A program made the position numbers and the translations under genes. This document shows, piece by piece, positions 17,492 through 29,354 of a stretch of DNA of 64,000 nt. Within the stretch, counting starts at the first letter, position 1; each line of letters opens with the position of its first letter. Origin of the DNA: an uncultured Gammaproteobacteria bacterium (GTDB taxonomy: Bacteria; Patescibacteriota; Patescibacteriia; UBA9934; CAZDDW01); NCBI GenBank assembly GCA_965231015.1, contig OZ246408.1, positions 280,158-344,157 of the forward strand, given 5' to 3'. The notes under the pieces were generated by a model that was not told where the DNA came from, searched no databases, and was given only the letters and a program-made list of their open reading frames with translations.

Positions 17492-18319
17492 CTAGTACAC
17501 AACAATACTGCCACAGGTGTGAGTTTCCGGAGCAGTGGTGTCGGTTGCGTTGTGGCAAGAGTAGTGATAAAAACCCATTTCTGAAAATTTAATTACCCAG
17601 TCAGCCCCACCTTCAATCACTCCACTGCCCCAGGTTCCAGAGTCTCCGGTCAGAACTACCTCAGGTATCCAGTCAGATGAGTTGTTTATAAAATGAACCG
17701 GTTCCCCAACCTTAACGGAAACATAATTATTTGAAACATATATGTTTCGAGTTTCTTCCTGAGTTAGAATTTCCACTTGTTCTGGAGAAAGCAAATTCTT
17801 GTCTTCATCAATTGATTTTGCGGTTTCATCATCAAATTCTAAGTTGGGATTGAAGATGTCAACCGGAATACCAATAGTATACCCGGCAAAAACCGTATCC
17901 GGTAAATCAATGATTCGGTCAGCCCAATTGTCTCCTCCAAGAGACTCGGCCGCTGCTTCAGTGGGAATCCAGTGCAAAAAACCACCATTTGAAACAGCAT
18001 AGACTTTTGGATCGGATTGAATTTTAACCCAGGTTTCACCGTCAGGGTTCACGGTGACCAGACCGCCGATTGGTGTTTGGTTAATGATTTCATTTTCAAC
18101 CGAGACCACGTTATCAAAATCATCGTACCAACTTAAAAAAGTGGCTTCGTTTGGAAAAATATAACGATGGTAGTCTTCGCCAAGGTAGAAGAGCGAAGAC
18201 GAATTATCAGTTTGGTAAACAGTACCTGGGATTAATATTTCGTCAAAGGCGAGGGTGGTGCTTGGGGCGAGCATTAGCAAAACAAAAATTAAGCCTGTAA
18301 CGGTTTTTATTACGTGCAT
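17492..18319 (-). CDS. Secreted or membrane-anchored hypothetical protein. The likely start is MHVIKTV, followed by a signal peptide.
   Basis: Hydrophobic N-terminal segment ending AFD. The ORF-track start 18385 would overlap gyrB. Confidence 0.55.
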   Translation of the reverse strand: MHVIKTVTGLIFVLLMLAPSTTLAFDEILIPGTVYQTDNSSSLFYLGEDYHRYIFPNEATFLSWYDDFDNVVSVENEIINQTPIGGLVTVNPDGETWVKIQSDPKVYAVSNGGFLHWIPTEAAAESLGGDNWADRIIDLPDTVFAGYTIGIPVDIFNPNLEFDDETAKSIDEDKNLLSPEQVEILTQEETRNIYVSNNYVSVKVGEPVHFINNSSDWIPEVVLTGDSGTWGSGVIEGGADWVIKFSEMGFYHYSCHNATDTTAPETHTCGSIVVY

Positions 18320-18323
18320 ATTA

Positions 18324-20417
<2,094 letters not shown>

Positions 20418-20499
20418 CTAAAAAATTCCACGTATTTTTCAAATTTAAACTGACCTTATTTTACCATGAATCAATGTTTCTGGGAAGGGGTGTTAGTAC

Positions 20500-20528
20500 T
20501 TGACATAAGGACGGTTTTCTGGTTAAAT
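20500..20528 (+). promoter_or_regulatory. Sigma-70-like promoter (TTGACA, 17-bp spacer, TTAAAT)
   Basis: Read directly upstream of the RBS GGAGG and the ATG at 20562. Confidence 0.4.
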
Positions 20529-20561
20529 ATCTTCTTCATGTAAGGGATAGGAGGCTCCAAG

Positions 20562-20921
20562 ATGGAGTTCAAATATATTGATAAGTTTTACCATTCTTTC
20601 GAAGAAACCAGGCTGAAGACGACCCTGTCAGGTGACGAGCGTGGTTTGCACCTGTTGAATCGGATGGGGAGTTTGGCCGAGGGTATCGTTCGGGACAACT
20701 TGTCTCACGGCATGTCGGGGCTACTCGATACTCCGCATGACACCTCGGCCAGTCAGGGTCGGATCAACCAGTTCTTGGAGATCATTCTTTGTGTCAAGGA
20801 TCATTTTGGCTCTTCGGCTCCGGCTTTGGTGGCCCATCTTGATTCAAGCGACACAAGGGGTTTGGCCGACCTGGTTTACACACTCGATCGCGGATCATTA
20901 GGTCCGCGTCGGAATCTCTAG
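20562..20921 (+). CDS. Hypothetical protein (119 aa)
   Basis: ORF with RBS and promoter. No recognisable motifs. Confidence 0.45.
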   Translation: MEFKYIDKFYHSFEETRLKTTLSGDERGLHLLNRMGSLAEGIVRDNLSHGMSGLLDTPHDTSASQGRINQFLEIILCVKDHFGSSAPALVAHLDSSDTRGLADLVYTLDRGSLGPRRNL

Positions 20922-20961
20922 CGGATCGCTTTCTTTACAAGCGGTCCGCTCTTTCGTATCA

Positions 20962-21603
20962 TTGATATGTATGAGAAAAGAAGGTCAATTTGAACAAGTG
21001 GTCGATAATTTTAAGGAAACTCCCCGTGTTTTGGTTAGACACCTAACCAGTGTCATTGATCAGGTTAAATCAATCAACCCATCTCAAGACGCCACCGGGG
21101 AAGAACGAAGGGAATTGCAAAAGATGAAAGAAGATTTTTTTAAATCTGTGCATGATGCAATTATGGCCGCGAAAAATTATGGTCAGGCTAAAGCACAACA
21201 TGTCCATGATGTTCAGTATTACCGATATTTGTTGAATGAGCCGGGGCCGGAAGCTCGGTCGAGGTATAAAAAACACATCACAAATGCTGATTCTCGTCGT
21301 CGCACAGCGCATGAAAGAATGATGAGCGAGTTTAATCGTGCCAACCGTTTAGCTAAATTGTTTTTTGATGCCTCAGTTGATCCGGATGAAATTCCTGAAC
21401 AATTTTCTAAAATTAAAGATAGGGTCTTGGAGACTGATTTTGAGAGAGTGGGTTTGCCAAAGAATATTTTTACCCCAAATTCAATCGGCTTAACAACACG
21501 TGAACGCTATGCAGAGGTTGCTGACGGATTAATTGAGGGCTTGGTGGATAAAGAAGAATTATTTGAAAATTTGAAAAAGGGGATTGAGAAGCAAGATCTG
21601 TGA
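20962..21603 (+). CDS. Hypothetical protein (213 aa)
   Basis: ORF with host-like composition. Confidence 0.5.
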   Translation: MICMRKEGQFEQVVDNFKETPRVLVRHLTSVIDQVKSINPSQDATGEERRELQKMKEDFFKSVHDAIMAAKNYGQAKAQHVHDVQYYRYLLNEPGPEARSRYKKHITNADSRRRTAHERMMSEFNRANRLAKLFFDASVDPDEIPEQFSKIKDRVLETDFERVGLPKNIFTPNSIGLTTRERYAEVADGLIEGLVDKEELFENLKKGIEKQDL

Positions 21604-21634
21604 TTGCTCGGTCAAACCTAGACTGCTATAATGC

Positions 21635-22534
21635 TTGCGTATGCCAAACGGAGGTTTTTTAGATTACAAGACCCCAGAATACAAACAAACCGAAAAGCGG
21701 TATAAGCTTTCGGTCTGGTGGGTTAACAACCGGGCTCTCTTAAAGAAGATCGGGCTAATTATTTGGGCGGTGATTGATGCGGTCTTGATTTTGTTTGCCC
21801 TTTGGGTAGTGGTTGATACTTATTTAATCAGTTATGAAAACGAGCGAGCCCTCTCATTTGGTTTTGGAATCAATCAGGAAACCAGGAGGGCGGTGAATGA
21901 GTTAAGTGCTCCGGAACCGGTGATTGTTTCTTCTGACGTTTCAGTTTTTTCCACCGGAGATGGACGATATGATTTTTACGGAACCATTGAGAACACCAAT
22001 GATGATTATTGGATGGAGTTTACATATCATTTTTCTTATTCAGGTGGTCAAACAGATATCCAAACCGGTTTTGTCTATCCGCTTGAGCAAAAACCGGTCA
22101 TAGAGCTCGCTTATGAAAGTGAGTCTCGACCAACTTCAGCAACCTTAGTAATAGAGGACTATGATTGGAACTTTATCGATCCACATGAGATTGCCGACTT
22201 TGATTCCTGGCGCGCGGAACGGATTGATTTTGACGTGTCAGACTCTGAATACACTACGGCTCTTGATCTTGAGGAAGTGGTGGGGCGAAGCACTTTTACG
22301 ATTTTAAATGACAGTGCTTACAGTTATTGGGAGCCGGAGTTTTATGTGTTGCTTTACCGGGGCGGGTCGGTTGTGGCAGTGACCAAGACGGCGATTCCGG
22401 AATGTATAGCCGGGGAAAGCCGAACTATTGATCAAAATTGGTTTGGTTCGATTTCGTCGGTTACCAAGGTTGAGGTGGTTCCGGAGATTCAGCTTTTTGA
22501 TTTTTCCGCGTACATGAGCCCGCCAACTCGATGA
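21635..22534 (+). CDS. Membrane-anchored hypothetical protein (299 aa)
   Basis: Single N-terminal TM segment followed by an extracytoplasmic domain. Confidence 0.5.
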   Translation: MRMPNGGFLDYKTPEYKQTEKRYKLSVWWVNNRALLKKIGLIIWAVIDAVLILFALWVVVDTYLISYENERALSFGFGINQETRRAVNELSAPEPVIVSSDVSVFSTGDGRYDFYGTIENTNDDYWMEFTYHFSYSGGQTDIQTGFVYPLEQKPVIELAYESESRPTSATLVIEDYDWNFIDPHEIADFDSWRAERIDFDVSDSEYTTALDLEEVVGRSTFTILNDSAYSYWEPEFYVLLYRGGSVVAVTKTAIPECIAGESRTIDQNWFGSISSVTKVEVVPEIQLFDFSAYMSPPTR

Positions 22535-22556
22535 CAATCCGGTCTTGAGAAAAAGA

Positions 22557-22585
22557 CAACCGCTCGACAGCGAGCGGTTTTTGCA
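22557..22585 (+). terminator. Intrinsic terminator
   Basis: CCGCTCG acag CGAGCGG followed by TTTTT. Confidence 0.5.
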
Positions 22586-22600
22586 TTAATCTCAAAGTAC

Positions 22601-23719
22601 ATGAATCGATTATCAAGTTATTGGCGACAATTTGATTGGCCGTTATTCGTAGCGGTTTTTGCTCTTATTGCCATGGGTTTGGCCGCAATTTATTCTGTGG
22701 CTTTATCTCAAGAAAGCACTAATTTTCTATTTGTTAAAAAACAATTGGTGGCTCTGGCTCTCGGAGTACTTGTCTTTGGAGTGTTGGCTTTTAGTAATTA
22801 TCGATTTCTTCGTAGTTATAGTTTGGTACTGTATGTTTTTGCTATTTTATTACTGGTAGCGGTCTTGTTTTTTGGTGCCACCTTGCGAGGCACTACGGGA
22901 TGGTTCACCCTGTTTGGCTTTAGCTTCCAACCTGTTGAGTTGGTTAAGTTTATTTTGGTGATTGTTTTAGCTCGGTATTTTGCTGAACGTGCACGACGCA
23001 GAATTGGAATACGTGAGATTATTGAAAGCGGGATCATTGCCTTGGTGCCGGCGAGCCTGGTTCTGTTACAACCAGACCTTGGGTCAGCCATGGTGCTTGT
23101 GGTTGCATGGGCTCTGATGCTTTTAGTGACTGGGGTCAAGAAGAGTCATTTGATTGCCTTAGCAGCTATAGCAGTTCTGGTAGCCGGACTCGGGTGGTTT
23201 TTTGTGTTGGCGGATTATCAGAAAGAACGATTAGTAACTTTTGTGGATCCGGCCAGTGATCCGCTTGATCAAGGTTATAATGTGACTCAGGCCATGATTG
23301 CCATTGGTTCAGGTCAGTGGTTTGGCAGAGGGCTTGGTTTTGGATCCCAAAGCCAGCTAAAGTTTTTACCCGCAGCCCAGACTGATTTTATTTTTGCTGT
23401 TATTGCCGAAGAGCTTGGCTTTTTAGGGGTCATGTTAGTGCTTGTGGCCTTTGGACTATTGTTTTTTAGAATTTGGCGTTTAGCCAAGTTGGCCATGGAC
23501 GATTTTACGACTTATATACTGCTTGGGTTTGGTTTTGTGTTACTTTTTGAATTTGTGGTGAACGTGGGTATGAACCTAGGCCTTATGCCTGTTACCGGGA
23601 TTGCTCTTCCACTGGTCAGCTACGGTGGATCATCTCTGCTTGTCACTTTGGCCATGCTTGGGATTATTGAGAGCATTGCCCTGCGTACCCGGTCTACCAA
23701 AGCTCGTCTGGCATCGTAG
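22601..23719 (+). CDS. SEDS-family peptidoglycan glycosyltransferase (RodA/FtsW)
   Basis: 10-TM protein with the conserved GSGQWFGRGLG and PAAQTDFIFAVIAEELGF motifs. Confidence 0.85.
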   Translation: MNRLSSYWRQFDWPLFVAVFALIAMGLAAIYSVALSQESTNFLFVKKQLVALALGVLVFGVLAFSNYRFLRSYSLVLYVFAILLLVAVLFFGATLRGTTGWFTLFGFSFQPVELVKFILVIVLARYFAERARRRIGIREIIESGIIALVPASLVLLQPDLGSAMVLVVAWALMLLVTGVKKSHLIALAAIAVLVAGLGWFFVLADYQKERLVTFVDPASDPLDQGYNVTQAMIAIGSGQWFGRGLGFGSQSQLKFLPAAQTDFIFAVIAEELGFLGVMLVLVAFGLLFFRIWRLAKLAMDDFTTYILLGFGFVLLFEFVVNVGMNLGLMPVTGIALPLVSYGGSSLLVTLAMLGIIESIALRTRSTKARLAS

Positions 23720-23804
23720 AAGGTGGTATAATTTAGGGGTCAAAAATGCAAAAATATGATTGGTGAGCAAAATAACCATCTCTCTGATAAAGGATTAAAA
23801 GTAA

Positions 23805-24094
23805 TGTCACGTTGCCCGATTTGTCATACCGCCTATGACCAGATTGAGGCTAGAATTCTTGGAGAAGATGCTGATACACGTTTGATTCATTTAACATGTC
23901 ATGAATGTTCTAATGCCTTACTGGCTTTGGTGCTTGTCACACCGGCTGGAATCAGTTCAGTGGGACTGTTAACTGATTTAAGCTATGATGACGTGCTTCG
24001 TTTTGGCCAATCAAGTGTTATCACTACGAATGACGTAATTTTAGCTCATCAGGAATTAAAGGAGGCGGGGTTCTTGACAAAATTGCCCCATTAA
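23805..24094 (+). CDS. Small hypothetical protein with a CxxC...CxxC zinc-ribbon-like pair
   Basis: CPICH ... CHEC. The start is uncertain (23756 or 23805). Confidence 0.35.
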
Positions 24095-24126
24095 GGCAAA
24101 ATACTGCCGTTATTGAATTACGAAAT

Positions 24127-24843
24127 ATGGCAACAATTACTCTAAAAGCTGAACCAAGGGAGGTAAAAGGGCGCGCCACCCACGGGTTGCGCGAGGCCGG
24201 CCTAGTGCCGGTGGTGGTTTATGGACCCAAAACTGAACCAACCATGGCTACAGTTAATGAAAACGAACTTAGGTCTGCGCTAAAAGAGGCCGGCCACAGT
24301 TCTTTGGTTGATCTTGTAATTGAAGGACAAGATCCAGTAAAAGTGATTATTCAAGATTTGCAAGAAGATCCGGTCAAGGATGAATTTTTGCACGCTGACT
24401 TGTATCAGGTGGATATGACTAAAAAGGTTGGTGCTACCGTGAAACTTGTTTTTTCAGGTATCGCTCCAGCGGTAAAAGAGCTTGGGGGAACTTTGGTTAA
24501 GGCTCGCACCACGGTAGAGGTAAAAGGTTTACCCGATAAACTGGTTCCATCTTTAGAAGTTGATTTGACCAAACTGGCCACCTTTGATGATGTGATTCAT
24601 ATTAAAGATATTACTCTTCCGGAAGGATTAGAGTGGGGTGTTGACGCTGAACGATCAGTAGCTGTGGTAAACCCACCACGAACTGAAGAAGAAATGGCTG
24701 CCCTTGATGAGGTTCCTGAAGAAGGAGAATTACCAGAAGGGGCTGAGGAAGATAAAGAAGGTGAAGAGGGTGAGGAAGGTGAAGAGAAAAAGTCTGAAGA
24801 TGGTGAAGGGGATAAAAATAAAGAAGAGGAAAAGTCTGAATAA
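24127..24843 (+). CDS. rplY: 50S ribosomal protein L25/general stress protein Ctc with an acidic C-terminal tail
   Basis: N-terminal bL25 fold sequence (TLKAEPREVKGRATHGLREAG..PVVVYG). The E/G/K-rich tail is encoded by GAAGGT-type repeats. Confidence 0.8.
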   Translation: MATITLKAEPREVKGRATHGLREAGLVPVVVYGPKTEPTMATVNENELRSALKEAGHSSLVDLVIEGQDPVKVIIQDLQEDPVKDEFLHADLYQVDMTKKVGATVKLVFSGIAPAVKELGGTLVKARTTVEVKGLPDKLVPSLEVDLTKLATFDDVIHIKDITLPEGLEWGVDAERSVAVVNPPRTEEEMAALDEVPEEGELPEGAEEDKEGEEGEEGEEKKSEDGEGDKNKEEEKSE

Positions 24844-24865
24844 GAATCACATGCAGGAGGCATAC

Positions 24866-25936
24866 ATGAAAAAAGTGTTAATTGGAGTAGGAGCGGCGAG
24901 TGGAATCATCGCCGTTCTTTTGGTACTTGTTATTTTTCGTGAGCCCATCTTTGGCCAGAATAAGGACTTTGAGTTTGAGCCGTTTGCGGAAAATACTGAA
25001 ACGGAGTTATTGTATCGGCATCCGCTGACTGGTGAGTCCTTAGAACAAGAACTGGCTGACCCACGGGTTTTGGCAGTTATGGTAGAAAATATGGTTGAGG
25101 CTTGGCCGCTTTCTGGGATCGATGAAGCGTATTTGATCATTGAGGCCCCGGTGGAAGCCGCAATTCCTCGCTTAATAGCTTATTTTTACGAAGGACAAGA
25201 GGTGGATGTTGTGGGTCCAGTTCGCTCGGCTCGTCCGTACTATGTTGATTGGGCCGAGGGGCTCGACGCTTTGTATGCCCATGTAGGTGGTTCGCCTGAA
25301 GCTCTGGAGTTGATTGCTTCGCGCGATATCTTGGATCTTAATGAATTTTATAACGGTTGGTACTTCTGGCGCGACGAATCTCGTGGTGCTCCGCATAATG
25401 TTTACACGTCAACTGAATTGTTGTTTGAGGCATATGATGATTATGAAGAACGAAACGGAAATTGGACGGTCGATTATGAAGCATGGCAATTTAGACAGGG
25501 AGAAGCAAGACCGATGCAGGATGGTCAACTTATCAAAATGGAATTTTCACCGACTTACGGAAGACTTTATGAGGCTCGTTGGAAATATGACGCAGGAGAA
25601 AATCGTTATTTACGTTATCAAAATGGTGAATTATTCACCACCGCTCATGGGGAATGGATTTGGGCAGATAACGTAGTAGTGATTGAGACTGAAATTGAAG
25701 TTATAGACGCTATTGGCCGGCGTCATATTGAGACCATTTCAGAGGGTGATGGATTGTTGTTTAAAAACGGGGAACGGATCGAGATTACTTGGAGCAAAGA
25801 GAGTCCAGAAGATCGAATTAAATTTTTAGAAAAAGAAACCGGCGAGGAGATCGCCGTTAATGTTGGTAAAACTTGGATTGAAGTGTTGCCGGACTTAGAA
25901 AGAGTACAGGTTGAGGATCCTATCGAAGAAGAATAG
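24866..25936 (+). CDS. Membrane-anchored hypothetical protein (about 356 aa)
   Basis: RBS GCAGGAGG before the ATG at 24866 (MKKVLIGV), one TM segment. The ORF-track start 24704 overlaps rplY and is rejected. Confidence 0.55.
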   Translation: MKKVLIGVGAASGIIAVLLVLVIFREPIFGQNKDFEFEPFAENTETELLYRHPLTGESLEQELADPRVLAVMVENMVEAWPLSGIDEAYLIIEAPVEAAIPRLIAYFYEGQEVDVVGPVRSARPYYVDWAEGLDALYAHVGGSPEALELIASRDILDLNEFYNGWYFWRDESRGAPHNVYTSTELLFEAYDDYEERNGNWTVDYEAWQFRQGEARPMQDGQLIKMEFSPTYGRLYEARWKYDAGENRYLRYQNGELFTTAHGEWIWADNVVVIETEIEVIDAIGRRHIETISEGDGLLFKNGERIEITWSKESPEDRIKFLEKETGEEIAVNVGKTWIEVLPDLERVQVEDPIEEE

Positions 25937-26857
25937 TTATTTGATTTTAGAAATCACGACCCGATCAAGACCACCAAGGTCTTTTTTGATTTCCGGTTTG
26001 CTTCCAGGAAAATAATGCTGTATCAAAGACACAATGGCTTTACTTTGTTGTGGGTCAATTTCAATGATGGTGTAGGTATTTTTGGGTAGAGTATTTTCAG
26101 CTCGAACCAGATCCTTATACAGCTTCCAATATTCATCTAATCCGTCTGCCCCGGCCACCAGAGCCTCAAGCGGCTCCCAGTCACGAACTTCAGGTTGAGC
26201 TTCAGTCACTTGTTCAGTGGTCAAGTAAGGCAGGTTAGCGGTAATAATGAGATTGTCTGGTAAAAGTCGCGGATCTTTTTCTTGAAGTTTGACCAGTGTT
26301 TTATTGACGGGTTCAAATCCCGGACCGGTTTTAAATTCAATCAGGTCACTGACTTTGTGTTTACGAGCGTTTTGTTTGGCCAGGGTTACAGTCCGTTCGT
26401 TGATATCATTGGCGATTACAGGTTGTCCGGTTTCTGCGGCTATGGTCACAGCAATCGCGCCAGAACCAACCCCGATGTCAGCAAACCAAGTTTCACCCTT
26501 TAGTTCAGACAGAGTATTCAAGGCTGACTCAATCAAGCTTTCTGTTTCTGGGCGGGGAATCAAAACAAATCTGTTCACACTAAAGTCCCGACCATAGAAA
26601 AATTTCCGGCCTGTTATGTAGGCCAACGGTTCGTTTTTGATTCTTCGTTTTATCATTTTACGAAAGGCATCGGCTTTGGCTTCTGGGACGTCATGGTAAA
26701 GATTCGAAAAAAGATAGGCCTTTGGTTGACCTAAGCTAGCCGCCAACATGAGTTCACTATCAAGCATGGGGGCCTCGAGTTTGGCAAAGTCAGGATTAGT
26801 CTCTTGGGCTTCCTTGAGCTTTTTGTTTCCCCATTCCATTAATTCCATGATTTTCAT
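25937..26857 (-). CDS. prmC: Release-factor glutamine N5-methyltransferase-like (PrmC/HemK family)
   Basis: SAM-binding GxGxG (DIGVGSGAIAV) and an NLPY variant of the NPPY motif. Same orientation as prfA nearby. Confidence 0.65.
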   Translation of the reverse strand: MKIMELMEWGNKKLKEAQETNPDFAKLEAPMLDSELMLAASLGQPKAYLFSNLYHDVPEAKADAFRKMIKRRIKNEPLAYITGRKFFYGRDFSVNRFVLIPRPETESLIESALNTLSELKGETWFADIGVGSGAIAVTIAAETGQPVIANDINERTVTLAKQNARKHKVSDLIEFKTGPGFEPVNKTLVKLQEKDPRLLPDNLIITANLPYLTTEQVTEAQPEVRDWEPLEALVAGADGLDEYWKLYKDLVRAENTLPKNTYTIIEIDPQQSKAIVSLIQHYFPGSKPEIKKDLGGLDRVVISKIK

Positions 26858-26884
26858 AACGCCTTGAGATTACCTTAAGTTTTT

Positions 26885-27125
26885 ATTTTTGTAAAAGAAA
26901 AAGGACCACGCCGCTTCGCTCGGGCGGTGGCGATGCCGAGGGGGCGGTGGTCCTTGCGGGGATGAACCGGGTTGACCCCGATGAGGGAATTCAGACGATC
27001 AGGGACTATCCACAGATCGCCGCATTAGCGGGGAGATCAACCCGGTTCAATTTGAGCCGGTAATTCGGCAAGGAAAGAACAGATTTGGAGGGTCGCCTTT
27101 ACTATTTTTAGGTTAGCAAGCCCGT
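26885..27125 (-). ncRNA. Candidate structured ncRNA, or a long terminator element, of unknown family
   Basis: About 62% GC in an AT-rich context. Long-range 12+5 bp pairing GAACCGGGTTGA..CCCCG / CGGGG..TCAACCCGGTTC. On the minus strand it ends in a 50-nt hairpin (GGACCACCGCC...GGCGTGGTCC) followed by TTTTTCTTTT. Confidence 0.3.
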
Positions 27126-27134
27126 TTTTGAGTG

Positions 27135-27809
27135 TCAAACCGTTTTATTGGCTACCTCGAGTTCTTCCTGGGTTCCGACCGGTAACCAAAAATCAGCCTT
27201 TATAACTTTTAACCCACACTCATCAACCATGTGGTTGAAGGTGTGGGGAAGGGAGTATTCGGTCTTACCGTGTACTTTTATCTTTTCAAGAGGGTAGTTG
27301 AAAAATTCTGGAGTGAGCACGTAAGCTCCGGTGTTGCGTAAAATTGGCTCGTCTTCGTCCGGGTTGTGTCGAATACCTAAAAAGCACCCAATGGCATCAG
27401 CCTCAATCGTTGATGGTGCCGGACCTTTTGTTTCAAAAACCAGCATTCCGTTATCCAGATCTATTAATCTCCTTAGGTCGTCTTGGTGATAAAGGTCATC
27501 TCCATTAACAACCAGGAATTTTTCCTCGAGATCATCTTTTAACAGGTGTAAGGCGGCCCCGGTGCCGTTTAGTTTAGGCTGATCAACGTAACGAATTGGT
27601 TTATCTTGAAAGGTGTCTCCCAGGTGATCGATTATTTGCTCTTTCAGATGGTGTACCACAATGATAATCTCATCGACACATTCAGGAAGGGATTCCAGGG
27701 TATGCTCGATTAAGGGCTTGTCTCCAATTGTCACCATGGCCTTGGGGGTGGTTTCAGTTAATGGGCGTAGTCGGAGTCCGGTCCCGGCCGCAAGAATGAT
27801 TGCTTTCAT
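27135..27809 (-). CDS. Sugar-phosphate nucleotidyltransferase (NTP-transferase fold)
   Basis: MKAIILAAGTGLRLRPLT matches the nucleotidyltransferase signature G-x-G-T-R-L. Confidence 0.7.
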   Translation of the reverse strand: MKAIILAAGTGLRLRPLTETTPKAMVTIGDKPLIEHTLESLPECVDEIIIVVHHLKEQIIDHLGDTFQDKPIRYVDQPKLNGTGAALHLLKDDLEEKFLVVNGDDLYHQDDLRRLIDLDNGMLVFETKGPAPSTIEADAIGCFLGIRHNPDEDEPILRNTGAYVLTPEFFNYPLEKIKVHGKTEYSLPHTFNHMVDECGLKVIKADFWLPVGTQEELEVANKTV

Positions 27810-27812
27810 AGT

Positions 27813-28877
27813 TTAAGATAGTTGTTCTTCAATGTTTTTTTGTTTTAGTTCTTCGATGATATCGGCTATATCACCATCCATTATTTTAGGCAGGTCAGAC
27901 CAGTTTTTGTTCACACGATGATCAGTAAGCCTGTCTTGCGGGTAGTTGTAGGTGCGAATTTTTTCGCTCCGACCCCCTGAGCCAATTTGTCCCCGGCGTT
28001 TTTCTTCAAGTTCAGCTCGTCGTTTTTCTTCTTCCATGGCAAAGATTCGGGCTCGAATGATTGAGAGAGCTCGTTCTTTGTTTTGTTTTTGCGAACGTTC
28101 GTCCTGGCAATAAACCATGAGTCCTGATGGAAGGTGGGTAATTCGGATCGCTGAATAGGTGGTGTTGACAGATTGCCCCCCGCTTCCGGTGGACGTAGTA
28201 GCCTCTATTTTTAGGTTTTTTGGATCAATTGTAATTTCAGTTTCTTCGATTTCAGGAAGCACGGCTACGGTTGCGGTGGAGGTGTGAATCCGTCCCTGTT
28301 TTTCCGTTTCCGGAACGCGTTGCACTCGATGCACCCCGGACTCAAATTTCATTTGTCCATAAACTCCATCACCTTGTATGCCAAAGATGACTTCCTTGAA
28401 TCCACCAAGGTCGTTTTGTGAACTTGAGATCAGTTTGGTTTTCCAATTCATCCGCTCTGCATAACGTGAATACATGCGGAACAGGTCTGCGGCAAACAAG
28501 GCGGCCTCGTCCCCGCCCGTTCCGGCGCGTATCTCAATGATCACATCTTTTTTATCAAGTGGGTCCGGTGGAACCAAGGCGATAATTACATCCGCCTCAA
28601 GTTTGGCTATCTTTTCCGAAAGATCAGCAATTTCCGTTTCAGCCAACTCTTTCATTTCTGGATCAGCAGATTCTTCCAGCGTACTTTTGGCCCCTGCCAA
28701 ATCGTGAATCAACTTATCGTATTCATCGATAACTTCCATCTTATCTTTTAAGACAGAGTATTCAGTACTCACTTCCTTCATTTTTTTGGGATCAAAAACC
28801 AGGCTCGGGTCAGCCAGTTTCTGTTCGAGCTCGGCAAAGTGTTTTTTTCTGTTGTCGATTTCTTTTTGGATGTCCAT
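27813..28877 (-). CDS. prfA: Peptide chain release factor 1
   Basis: GGQ motif (SGGQSVNTT) and PxT-type domain. 354 aa. Confidence 0.9.
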   Translation of the reverse strand: MDIQKEIDNRKKHFAELEQKLADPSLVFDPKKMKEVSTEYSVLKDKMEVIDEYDKLIHDLAGAKSTLEESADPEMKELAETEIADLSEKIAKLEADVIIALVPPDPLDKKDVIIEIRAGTGGDEAALFAADLFRMYSRYAERMNWKTKLISSSQNDLGGFKEVIFGIQGDGVYGQMKFESGVHRVQRVPETEKQGRIHTSTATVAVLPEIEETEITIDPKNLKIEATTSTGSGGQSVNTTYSAIRITHLPSGLMVYCQDERSQKQNKERALSIIRARIFAMEEEKRRAELEEKRRGQIGSGGRSEKIRTYNYPQDRLTDHRVNKNWSDLPKIMDGDIADIIEELKQKNIEEQLS

Positions 28878-28935
28878 ATATTACTCAATACAAAAAGCGT
28901 CTTCCGAAAGGGAAGAACGCTCCAATTTTGCGAAT

Positions 28936-29280
28936 CTAATTTTTGGCAACAGCTTTTTTAACGGTTGCCCCTTTGGCTTCTTCAACCTCATACTTAGGGC
29001 CTTTTTCCGCTCGCTTAGCGCGTTTGGCAGCTTTTTTGGCCGCCCTGCTTTGTACAGCATCTGCTGCTTTTTTGGCATCGCGGGCTTTGAATTTTTCAAC
29101 TCGACGAGCCGTGTCCACAATTTTTTGAGTTCCGGTAAAGAAAGGATGACAGGCAGAACAAAGCTCAATTTGAATATCCTGCTTGGTGGAACCGGTTTCG
29201 TATTGGGCTCCGCATGAGCAGGTAATAGTCACATTGTTGTTGTAATCTGGGTGTAGATCTTTTTTCATAAATTTGGGCAA
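28936..29280 (-). CDS. rpmE: 50S ribosomal protein L31 with a Lys/Ala-rich C-terminal extension
   Basis: MKKDLHPDY...C.C...C..CHPF-type bL31 core (about 70 aa) followed by a 40-aa basic extension. Confidence 0.8.
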   Translation of the reverse strand: MPKFMKKDLHPDYNNNVTITCSCGAQYETGSTKQDIQIELCSACHPFFTGTQKIVDTARRVEKFKARDAKKAADAVQSRAAKKAAKRAKRAEKGPKYEVEEAKGATVKKAVAKN

Positions 29281-29354
29281 TATCAGTACGGCGGAAGTTT
29301 ATCAAACCGAGTAAAACTTGTCAATCCCTGTAATTTCGCTATGATAAGCGTCGT

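Noticed and set aside
17492-18319. Possible cupredoxin-like copper site in the C-terminus (HYSCHNATD...HTCG) of the secreted protein
   Set aside because: The Cys/His spacing does not match the type-1 copper C-x2-H-x4-M pattern and there is no Met ligand. It is left as a hypothetical protein.
24704-24865. Upstream extension of the 24866-25936 ORF that overlaps the rplY 3' end in another frame
   Set aside because: Its translation is lysine-rich from out-of-frame reading of the rplY acidic tail. A good RBS precedes the ATG at 24866, and the product starts with a TM helix there.
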